From assembly GCF_963676685.1 (NCBI RefSeq), contig NC_092350.1, positions 10,416,001 to 10,480,000 on the forward strand: a stretch of DNA of 64,000 nt, written 5' to 3'. Under the pieces are notes generated by a model that was given only the letters and a program-made list of their open reading frames with translations, was not told the DNA's origin and made no database searches. Shown one piece after another: positions 42,779-54,572 of this stretch. A program made the position numbers and the translations under genes. Origin of the DNA: Mytilus edulis (Eukaryota). Position 1 is the stretch's first letter. The number at the start of each line of letters is the position of its first letter.

Positions 42779-45700
42779 AAAAGTCTTGAATTTAAAATGG
42801 ATTGATTGTATTTATAACACCCCTTCTCAATTTCGAACCTATTATATTTTATAGTCATTAGTGTATTGTTGACCTCTATGTTTCTTCTGTTGTTTTTTAT
42901 TTTTGTATTTCTTAAACGCATCCCCTTGCATTCTTATCTATTGTTTCCAGACTATACATTTTTTTATGAATCAGCAGGCAATGAGACACTGACTATATCT
43001 ACTAGAGAATAGTTTAAACAAGTAAAAACAATCACGCAATTACAGATTTTCGACAACTTTGGATATACATATTCATAATTTCCGATGATAGAGTAGTATT
43101 AACTTAAACCAAACGATCAACGATCTGTTATATTAATGAATATTCCTAATAATAGTTAACTAGAAAATATCGTCTAAATCCGGGAGGTAACTCTGTAGGA
43201 ATCCTGTACACCTTCAATCCACTTTTTGATTGAAGCTCTGAAAATATATGAAAATAAAATATTTCAAACTGTATACAAATAAAAATACAAAGATTATAAA
43301 AGATGGACCAAATAACTAAATTAATACTTCTTATATTTTCCAATGTGAAAGAGATTTATTTCCTTTTACTTAAATTAAAATACAAGAACATATCACACTG
43401 CATACATAAGCAGGAGTTAACAATGTGCAATTGCAATTAAAAACAATTAGATTTAAAAAAAATCTTTTTATACAGTTTTTTTCTTGTTCTAAGGATACAG
43501 TTTCAGAGATAGTCCACTCTGCAGACTTAAGAGAGTAAAAGTAAAACTAAACTACAGCATACCAGTCAGTTATTTAAGCATGGACAGATAAATTTGTAAA
43601 TAAAAACAGGTGTGCATAATAATTTTTCTAAAAATCACCTTTACCAGTTTCAATAAAGATGTCCCGGGAAATTGACATTTCAAACATGTTACTATTACAT
43701 GTATACAATCAGTGCTCATCTTTTAACTACTAATTAGGAATCTTTCTAAATTTAGCAGCTACATATGTATGAATACTTTATACATGTAGTCATAAGCTTT
43801 TGAAATGTACACAGTGCAGCCTCACTTTTTAAATACCACAACAGTGGGCGAACTGGTGACAAAATATTACCTCCCCTGTAAACAGTGCGCTCTTCTGACT
43901 AGAGGTATTCGGTAAAGAAAAACGGACGATGCTGTAATTGTTTAGCTTGTTAAAAATGAGCTAGCACAAACGAACTAAGATGTGTCAACATAATGTGAAT
44001 ATGATTACGAATCAGGTAAAATATTTATTGTTAAGTTTATCACCTTATTGTATCATCATATGATAGGTAAATGCGTGAATTTTTGATTTTCAGTGTCGTT
44101 AGGGTTCAAACTTGTAATCATGCCATCCTTGATTATTTTTTTTTTAAATACTATCCAATGGTCGGAACACCTTGATTTTCTCCCAATTTGTAAAGTTGAT
44201 TATGTTGCATGATATATATTTTTATCGGTGGAAAAAAATGATATGCAGCAAAGATTGGCAGTTTTTAATTTGTGTTGCTATGTGAAATAAAGGGAAGTAA
44301 ATTAAAGTAAAAGAAGGCGCGCTTTTTCAAATAGTAAACAATTTAATTCAGATGCATAGTATTTTGTCAAATGATAAAGAATATCGGAGAAACTTGCTAG
44401 AAATTCATCTAATTTATAAAAGATATACAACATGACATACTGAAATCTGATAGGGGTAAAACCACCATACCTTGAACAAATTCAGTAAAAAAAGGGGGGG
44501 GGATGCTACGAAATTTAGATTTTATTTATTTGTTGTCGACAGCCAAAAGATGATTTGACATGCAACTAACTACTTTTTCAATTTCCTTGTAAAGTAAAAT
44601 TGGCTTTTTTGGGGGTCTCTGTTCATTGTGGTCTAATATTTTCAGGTTCTCTTTGGATTGCCAAATAATATTATAATCATCTAATTGAATGTTCAAATTA
44701 TTTTGCAGCGATGGTCTGTATGGAAGGAAGACTGTCATTTAACCCAACAGTTCCGGATGGCCCTTTTAACTAATTGCTTAACATCAATAGCGATGTAAGA
44801 TTCAAGTGTTTGATTTAGCACAAGTTTAGCCAGGTTTTCCTTGTAATTGTGGTAGAAAAACCACTAGACAGTGTCTGGCATTGAAATGATATCAAACGGA
44901 TGTTTTATGGAATAATTCTCGTACATATGGCAATCATATGCATAGGAATGTGGAGCTAGTCTCTTTCATGCAGCAATTTTTAATTTCCAATATAAACTCC
45001 GAAAAGACAGGGGCATAGAAATGTATACCAATGAGAAACATTTTTTGTGAATAAAATCATTCCAAAACTTAAATGTGTCATTAGTGTTGCATTATTTATC
45101 AGTAGAGATAATCAGATTCCAGTAATATTGCCCAACTGAAGGTTTTTGTTGGTAATGTTTTGTAAATCTTAGTTGTTTTGACAAGTTGGGCTGTGCAGGT
45201 TGCCCGGCTGCCCCTTTCAGTGTGAGACAATATTTTGTTTATTGTAAACAAAATCACTGATTCAAGACTGGAGCGGGCCCCTTTTATGCAGTTAGTGCGA
45301 ACCCCTTAGGTTTCAACCATTACATGCAATACGGGGGGAGGAGGAAGATTTTTTTTACCGCGTCAAACATTTTTCCTAATAATAATACATTGAGATTTAA
45401 AATATACTTTGCTATATGTAGTGTTTATATTAAAGTATTGCCAACAAAATTCATTAAATTTGGGATCATAATATTGTTTAAGAAAAACCCTTACCCCCTC
45501 CCCTGTACATCATAAAAGTGCATAATCTTCTGTAACACACGTGCATGGTTAATTCGGATCACATATTTTCTATTCCGATATTATCAGAATTCGAAGGTTC
45601 ATATCATTTACAATATCATTCAAAAATTTTCTGGGATTTTTTTTTACTATCAACGTTGAACCTCGAGGTTACACACATTGTAGTAAAAAAAAATCCAATA

Positions 45701-47173
45701 AAAACGTTGAATGTAAATGATATGCACCTTTAAAATCTTATATTGTAGGACTCATGTTGTTCAAACATAATGTGTTGATCAATTATGGTATGATGATTTT
45801 GATAAACTTCACATTAGGTTATCTTTCACGTATATTGATTACATAATATCGAGTTGTCCCAACGATATACTTGTCGGTGTGCTCGATCATACGAATTTAC
45901 CGACATTCATATAGACAAAATGACACAACTTTGAAAAATTCTTGTGACGAAACTACATTTCGGAACACGTTAAAAATTGGATACTCAGAAAGCTACATTA
46001 TTAAGGTTTGATATATATTTTTTTTTTTAAAAAAAAGAAAAATATGCAGTCAAATCTGGCAGTTTTTTACACACCCCTATGTTGAACAATAGGTTGTTCA
46101 ATTAACAGCATGTTTGGCAATAAAAAAATCATATATTAACAAATTTAGCATTAACATATACTTTATTTATAGTGGTTGTATAAAAGTTAGATAATGGTTT
46201 TGTGTTTTAAGAGATATTCATCCCTATGCATATCGGTTTTTATGCGTAAATTGTCTCTCCTGTTTTTAGACCTTTTCTATCTCTTTCATAAGAAGAGTGA
46301 CTTTTCTATTGTTCTAGTGTCACTGGAAATCCCACTGACAATTGGTACATCACTGAATGAATAAATTATTGCGCCTTGTCTATTTTTCTCCACCAATTGG
46401 AAAAAAAAATTCATCCGCACACATGTTCACATCATTTATAAGGCACATAGAGCACCCAAAATAGCTGCATTTTAATCGCAAAATAAAGGTATTAAAAAAA
46501 AAGTTCTTTCTGTAACACACAATTGATGAAGACAAAGTTTTCAATGAGAATTTAAGGTGGACTACTTGGACCCGTACCGAAAATATATTTCAGAAATATA
46601 AGATAATTGAATCTTCTCATGTTGTCACAGTATAATACACAATATAAGTAAAAATTACATACAAAAAGCATCTAAAAAAAACAGTGAGAAAATAAGACCT
46701 GAGAAAAATATAACCACAGAAATTAGAAAGAAATACATTTTAATAATTCTGCAATTAAAAGATGGATTGTGTTGTTCTTGTAGTATGTTTTTTCTTACCT
46801 TTTTCTATTTATGTATACATGTATATTATTTTTTTCAGGGCGGTATACCAGAAAATGTATAACATTCTTGTTTTTTTTCTGTAGGATTTGGAAGAAAATA
46901 TGTATGTCTCTCTGTCTCTCTCTCTCTATATTTATCCTTTTATTTCTTTCCTTTGCATGTTTTGAAACAAGTTTCTCTTTATTTTTCTTCTTCTTTCAAT
47001 ACAGTAACCTGACTGTCTTGGTCTAATCTTAGTGCAAAATAAAAAGACAAATAGAAAGAAGAATAAAGAAAGATGTGGAGAAAGAAGAATAAAGACAGAT
47101 GGTGGAGAGGGGGTTTCAGCTATATTTGATTTTGATGTACAACATATTCAGACTCTTTTTGAAAAATATTGGT

Positions 47174-47189
47174 GGCCCTTAAAAGGGCC
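47174..47189 (-). terminator. Histone H3 mRNA 3' stem-loop with downstream purine-rich element
   Basis: GGCCCTTTTAAGGGCC-ACCA, then CAAAAAGAG (47161-47153). Confidence 0.95.
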
Positions 47190-47214
47190 GTTATTGTATA
47201 GAGTAAATGTCAGT

Positions 47215-47792
<578 letters not shown>

Positions 47793-48536
47793 CTGATCTG
47801 GAAGTTACTTTCACAGCTTTCAATCCCTTTTTGGACTGAAGCTAACAATTGTTCACCCCAAGCTAACATTTGGCACACATTTGTTTCTATTCTGTTTTGT
47901 TGTGATCGTGTCAACGAAAATTTAAATCAGAAAAAAAAGTACTCAAGAGTAATGAAGAATTGAATTATTCTTTATTCAAATAATAAATAATTGGTTAATC
48001 AACAGTCTGACACGAAATTAATAATTGACAGGAAAATAAAGTAAATTAAATAGCAAAATAGAAAAAAAAAGAAGAAAAAAACATCATCCATCCATTTTGA
48101 TCAGTATCCGATTGGTATAGACATGCAGCCGTTTTCTTAGAGCGTGTCGCCTGTTTCTCGTATAAAGACATGCTTATAACAGTACACAACTGTCACTCGT
48201 CTCAGTGTCTTGAAAGGGTTCTTAAGACAGAGAGAACACTTTGTAATATCTATAGTCTTTGTATTCTCTAGCTATATTCTCTGTATTCTCTATAGTCTAG
48301 TATACTGCACGCATACTGGGAAACTTGCTCATTGTTAAAGTATTATTTATTGTTTATATACGATTTTGCCGAATAAAACTGATTTCAGCTAAAAAAAAAA
48401 TAATCTACACAACTATAAATATACGCATAAGTACTTTGTATTAGAACACAAACTATATATTATATATTTAAGAGAATGTGACAGCAGAAGAAGAAAATAA
48501 GCCAGCTAGATCACAGACAAGACAGACACACACACA

Positions 48537-48565
48537 ACGAACGAACGAACGAACGAACGAACGAA
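48537..48565. repeat. (ACGA)n microsatellite
   Basis: About 7 copies. Confidence 0.9.
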
Positions 48566-48998
48566 TATATTTATATGAAAATAAGGTCAAAGATTGTAAT
48601 TTGTGTGCGTAAATTATATAATATAATATATAGGACTGCAACTAATTTACACAACAAACGATACAAATATGCAACATTGACCACTAACAACTGAGTTTTT
48701 CTTCCTCTCGTGCTTGCGCATTTCCGTCGAATATACGTTATATGGTTGTATATTTTCTTGGACTTGTATAAGAAAAGAAAGAAAGAAAAAAAAGAAACAT
48801 GTCTTGTTCTTCATTTTTTTCACACCAACTATTGTAATATATAATAATAAAGTAGACACCTGTATATTGTTTGCAAAGAAAAAAGAAAACAGAAAATAAA
48901 AAGACAGAGAAATGGAGGGAGTGAGCTATGTTTGAGATTGCTTTCTGCATTCAACTAAATTGTACAACAAAATCAGATTCTTTTTGAAAAATGTTGGT

Positions 48999-49014
48999 GG
49001 CCCTGAAAAGGGCC
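48999..49014 (-). terminator. Histone H2A mRNA 3' stem-loop with downstream element
   Basis: GGCCCTTTTCAGGGCC-ACCA, then CAAAAAGAA. Confidence 0.95.
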
Positions 49015-49044
49015 GTTGTAAGTGAAGTTTCTGTTGTGTTGACT

Positions 49045-49428
<384 letters not shown>

Positions 49429-49475
49429 TTAATACGTTGTTTGACTTGAACAAGTATAAACAATGATTATCCCAA

Positions 49476-50101
49476 TATATATGTGGTGGTGTTTAACGAC
49501 CTTGACTGGCCTTTCAGCCCTCGCACGGTCGGCTCGGTGCCCGAAGGCGTTTGGTGAGCTTTAAATATTCTGGAGCCATGGGTCAGGAACAAGTAGTGGA
49601 GGTCGCAATATGGAGGCCGCCATCTTGGTTTTGGTGAGTTGTTTTTGGTTTTTGACTATTTTGTTGTTTATTCTTCACTAACGGCTGCTTTCAGGGCCAG
49701 TTTGGTCAGCTTGGCAGCCCGCTAGCCTCGATGATGGAGTACTGGTAGATGATCTCGGACGTAGTTCGAAAGATGACAGGAAGCATTATCAGGACCAAAG
49801 CCGTGAGGCAGTGAAATGAAGGTCGTATCACCCAACAGCCTAGGATACAGCCCTCGGACGTTAATCGGCATAACACTCCCCATAATACAATGGTTTTGGA
49901 GTGCATGTTAACGCGGGTACGCCAACTACTACGTCTATCTGTACGGCATGGATCGGTTTCTGTCATCTTAAGTAGTAAGTCGTTGATATCTAACTGTAAA
50001 CCCTCATCGAAGATAGCGGGTAAAGGAGAGCTGGCCCAGCACGTCCGTTCAGCTGTAATGACTGAGACGTGACTGGATTGTGTTTTGAATGGTAATGGAT
50101 G
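49476..50101 (-). mobile_element. Non-autonomous ~620-bp retroelement, copy U1 (subfamily A)
   Basis: Flanked by GATTATCCCAA (49465-49475, 50102-50112); 3' stem-loop plus TTAAAC tail. Confidence 0.85.
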
Positions 50102-50112
50102 GATTATCCCAA

Positions 50113-50165
50113 TATGTGGTGGTGTTTAACGACCTTGACTGGCCTTTCAGCCCTCGCACGGTCGG
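50113..50165 (-). mobile_element. ~55-bp mini-element S1 (3' stem-loop only)
   Basis: Matches the U1 3' end; flanked by ATTATCCCAA. Confidence 0.8.
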
Positions 50166-50176
50166 TATTATCCCAA

Positions 50177-50780
50177 TATGTGGTGGTGTTTAACGACCTT
50201 GACTGGCTATACAGCCCTCGCACGGTCGGCTCGGTGCCCGAAGACGATTGGTGAGCGTTTGAATAATTTCTGCCGTGGGTCAGGAACAAGAAGTAAGGAC
50301 GCCGAATGGAGGCCGCCATCTTGGTTTTGGTGAGTTGATTTTGGTTTGTTTACTATTTTGGATTTTACTTCTTAACAACGGCTGCTTTCAGGGCCAGTTT
50401 GGTCAGCTTGGCAGCCCGCTAGCCTCGATGATGGAGTACAGGTAGATGATCTCGGACGTAGTTCGAAAGATGACAGGAAGCATTATCAAGACCAAAGCCG
50501 TGAGGCAATGAAATGAAGGTCATATCACCCAACAGCCTAGGATACAGCCCTCGGACGTTAATCGGCATAACACTCCCCATAATACAATGGTTTTGGAGTG
50601 CATGTTAACGCGGGTACGCCAACTACTACGTCTATCTGTACGGCATGGATTGGTTTCTGTCATCTTAAGTAGTAAGTCGTTGATATCTAACTGTAAACCC
50701 TCATCGAAGATATCGGGTAAAGGAGAGCTGGCCCAGCACGTCCGTTCAGCTGTAATGACTGAGACGTGACTGAAAAAATT
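50177..50780 (-). mobile_element. Non-autonomous retroelement copy U2 (subfamily B-like)
   Basis: Flanked by GTATTATCCCAA (50165-50176, 50781-50792). Confidence 0.85.
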
Positions 50781-50792
50781 GTATTATCCCAA

Positions 50793-50848
50793 CAACAAAT
50801 GGAAGTTTTTAACGACCTTGACTGGCTATACAGCCCTTGCACGGTCGG
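50793..50848 (-). mobile_element. ~55-bp mini-element S2
   Basis: Tail matches U4; same 5' breakpoint as S1. Confidence 0.8.
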
Positions 50849-52812
50849 TATTATCCCAACTACTACTAAATAGAGTTTAATGGCGGCTACCCTTGCGGGT
50901 ATTGCGCCAGATTACCTTATATAAAAACATTTCAAGTAAATGTTTTAGAATTATCATTATTTAGGTATAAGCCTATATTATATATTCATATTATAGAAAT
51001 TTGTGAGTTTTTTTGTTTTTTTTCCCCTTAAATTTAATCTTATTTAAATCTGAACTATAGTGTTTATTTTAATTATCTTGATTATCTTTTGGTTAATTTA
51101 AAGTACGAAAAAGAAATATATGTGAACTTATTATTCCATCATTTGTAACTTAGCTTTCTTTGTTTATGAATATTAAATACATTGGTAAATAGGTGTGTTT
51201 GTTGTTTATACATGAAAAATGTAAGTATCTTATACTCTTTGATAGACATATCTGACTTTTACAAATATGCAAATCCTAGAAGGGGTCCGACATATTCCCG
51301 TACATGGTATATACATTAATACAATTATACCGCGGCTCGTACGTCCTTGGTAAACTGTGATTCTCTGTATATTGAATTTGACTAAAGATAGCACCCTCAC
51401 TTATAAAAGATTCTTGAACTTACGTTGTAGAATAAAAAAAATATATAATATATATATTACTGTGTATGTATAATTAGAATCTGTAATGTATTGTTATAAC
51501 ATATTTGTGTGTAATAAATTGCAAGTGTTGATATTGTGCAGTTATGTTCAGTATAGATACAAGAGAGTGCTATCTTGGTAGTACCTGATCTAGTGTACTA
51601 CTTCAAAAAATAAAAACTTTCGTAGAAGTTTTAGTGTATATTGTCAAATTCAACGGGGTTATGTTTCTTTTATTTAGAAATCATAAACTGATAAATGATA
51701 CCCTCCAGCTCTGTTACAACTTTTAAAAAGGCCAATATTTAGAAATGAAAAAACTAAAAAGAAAAGGTAAATAATATATTTCTACCAAATTATTTGTTTT
51801 TGGTGTCATCCGTTTAGACTGGAGTTGTTTCCCTTGCACTGTAAAGAAATAAATTGTAAATACCTGCAGCCGTTAAGCTACCACGTGGTAACCATGTGCT
51901 ACAGGCAGACAGGGCGAGAGGGCTGTAAACAAACAATTTCCAGTCTAAACGGATGAATTAGCAGCCGTGACTAAAAATGATAGACAATAATACCAATACA
52001 AGGTTAGTATTTACACGGTGCATTGTTTTTGGTCGTTGTAAAATATGCTGGTTGGTTCTAAAATCATCATATCACAAGGACCTGGGTTCTGGCAAGCCAG
52101 TGCCCTTAAAGAAAAATATCCCACAATAAGATAACTCATCTCGTCCGTCGACCCCATGTATAACCCTATCAATATTTTAGCTGCGGTGTCAATAGTTTAT
52201 CCATTGACAGCAGCTGAATCACATTCCTCATAGTGTTAGTTAGGTACTTATATATATACAATGTACATGCAGTTAATTCTTGTTGTGAGGTTTGTGTCCC
52301 CAATTTGATTTGGGATGGACCGACGAGAGAGTGCTTGTGATTGATGATTTCTGGGAGATATGTCAGACTCCTGTGGCTTGATATTTTACATATGATCTCA
52401 TGTATTTATCAGCAAGATGAGATTTATAATATTAAAAATCAACTGCTAATTATTTTAATCTAATTTATTTTCACTTTCTAACTTAGATTTTCTCTTATCT
52501 AGAGTTAATTTAATCGGTTGTTACAAATGTAATTAGTATTTTGAATATTTGAGATGCCTTGTCATACTTGTTAAAATCCATGGGTTGTTGTCCAGTGACT
52601 AATATTTCAAAGTTTTATTTTAGAAATAAGTAATTTTACTAGGCCTATAGTTTATGTCATTTTTCTTTTCCTATACTAATAATATCTGTAGGTTTTCTAA
52701 CCCCTACCAAAAATATCTTATTAAAATAATTATAAGCATGTTTTTACAAAATTTACACTAGAAACTAGAAATATATATTGAGGTTTTTTGTATTTTCTGA
52801 ATAATTTTACTT

Positions 52813-54561
52813 TTATCGCATACCCGTGTTTATTAAATAATCCCATATTGGGATAAGGGTCTGAGAATATCCTGAAAATAAATTTTTATACGAGAGATCT
52901 TTTACACCGGTTGATTCAAACTTTTCCATCATTTTATGTCTTTGTGGTATGTACTTATTACAGTTAAACAGGTAGTGTTGCATGTCGTCCACTACTAAAC
53001 ATGTGTCACACAGTTCACTATTACATTTACCCATTGTGTATTTGAATTTATTAGTGAATATATAACTTGATCTAAGTTTAAATAGAGTTCTTTCTCTTTC
53101 TCTTGTACTCTTTGGTATGGTAATACAAAAGTTAACATCTTTTTGAATAGCGTGTAGTTGTTTACTTTTAGTGTTGTTTTCCCAGTATTGTTGCCACATT
53201 TTTTTTAATAAATTTTTACATAAACATTTGATATCTTCTTTGTAAAGTGGTATACTAGTTATACATGTCTCTATTGATAGAGCCTTTTTAGCTGCTGTGT
53301 CTGCCATTTCATTACCACTTAAACCCACATGACTGGGTATCCATTCTAAAATTATATTCAAACCTAATTTGGACAGTTTACTGTATATATATTGGATGTC
53401 ATAAATTATTTGTGTTTTAACTTTAAATATACTTCCTGTAATAGCTTTTAGTGCTGACAGTGAATCTACAAATATTACAGTATTTTCTGGTTGAAATTCT
53501 TCTAACCAATATAAAGATAAAAGTATGGCTGTCAATTCACACATAAATATTGAAACATGATTTTGTAATTTAAAACCTTTTTTTACTTTAAGTTCTGGAA
53601 CGACAAAAGCACATGCATTTGTGTTGTTTTCTGGATTCTTAGATCCATCTGTATATATTTTTAAAAAATTACTATACTTGTTATCAATGAGGATATTTCC
53701 TTCACTTTTAATTAGGTGAGGACTATCCTTTTTAGTAATAATATTTGTAAGTTCCGTTTTGACCTGTGGTTTTAGAACATGCCATGGTGGGGTAGGGAAC
53801 TCTTTACATTTGTATACAGTATTAATATCTACATTATATTTATTCATAGTATCATGTGCAGTAACACAATATGGTTTTTGATTTTCTTTAATTTTTTCCT
53901 TATTAAATTCATATATAGCATTTTCTTGTAAACTTTTTATAGTTGGGTTTGTGTCATTTAGACTAAATATATTCAAAAAAGACTTAGTAATAAGACTTTT
54001 TCTTCTCAACCCATATGGGGGGTCACCAATTTCAGTCTGTAATCCACTTATACTGGCAGTTTTATGAGCACCTGCACATATCCTTAATGCTTGGGCTTGA
54101 ATACTATCTAGTTTTTTCTTGACAGAGTAGGAGGCTGAGTTATAAACCTCACAGCCATAATCTATCTTTGACCTTATCATTGATATATATATTGTTCTCA
54201 GGGTAGAACAATTTGCACCCCATTTAGTACCAGTTAATAATTTCATGCAGTTCAACACCCTTGAACATCTACTTTCTATATATTGTACATGTTTTAACCA
54301 TGTTAGTTTTGAATCGAAAATCATACCTAGAAACTTGACTTCTTTAACAAATGACAATATTGTTTCTCCAAGTTTAAGTTTAATACAAGGAGAACTACTC
54401 TTACTAAATATCATAGCTACCGTTTTTGTTTGTGATATTAGGAAACCCCATTTATCACACCAAGTATTAATTGTGTCTATATCCTCTTGCATTCTTTTTT
54501 GTAGATATTTAGAACTTTTTCCAGATAACCATATGGCACTGTCATCAGCAAATTGTGACAT
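52813..54561 (-). CDS. LINE ORF2 C-terminal part: RT (FADD), RNase H, CCHC
   Basis: FADD, YTDGS, CELTAI, VDSLSAL, WIPSHVGLSGNEMAD, CDTC..H..C. Confidence 0.92.
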   Translation of the reverse strand: MSQFADDSAIWLSGKSSKYLQKRMQEDIDTINTWCDKWGFLISQTKTVAMIFSKSSSPCIKLKLGETILSFVKEVKFLGMIFDSKLTWLKHVQYIESRCSRVLNCMKLLTGTKWGANCSTLRTIYISMIRSKIDYGCEVYNSASYSVKKKLDSIQAQALRICAGAHKTASISGLQTEIGDPPYGLRRKSLITKSFLNIFSLNDTNPTIKSLQENAIYEFNKEKIKENQKPYCVTAHDTMNKYNVDINTVYKCKEFPTPPWHVLKPQVKTELTNIITKKDSPHLIKSEGNILIDNKYSNFLKIYTDGSKNPENNTNACAFVVPELKVKKGFKLQNHVSIFMCELTAILLSLYWLEEFQPENTVIFVDSLSALKAITGSIFKVKTQIIYDIQYIYSKLSKLGLNIILEWIPSHVGLSGNEMADTAAKKALSIETCITSIPLYKEDIKCLCKNLLKKMWQQYWENNTKSKQLHAIQKDVNFCITIPKSTRERERTLFKLRSSYIFTNKFKYTMGKCNSELCDTCLVVDDMQHYLFNCNKYIPQRHKMMEKFESTGVKDLSYKNLFSGYSQTLIPIWDYLINTGMR

Positions 54562-54572
54562 AGCACAGTACT

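Noticed and set aside
43800-45300. Possible Transib-like CACAGTG end or decayed retroelement ORF (44526-44738)
   Set aside because: No matching right terminus or diagnostic catalytic motif found
49706-49966. 86-aa ORF in the U element (also 58386-58646 and 59938-60207)
   Set aside because: Stop codon in U2, frameshift in U4 and no recognisable domain; recurrence only reflects repeat identity
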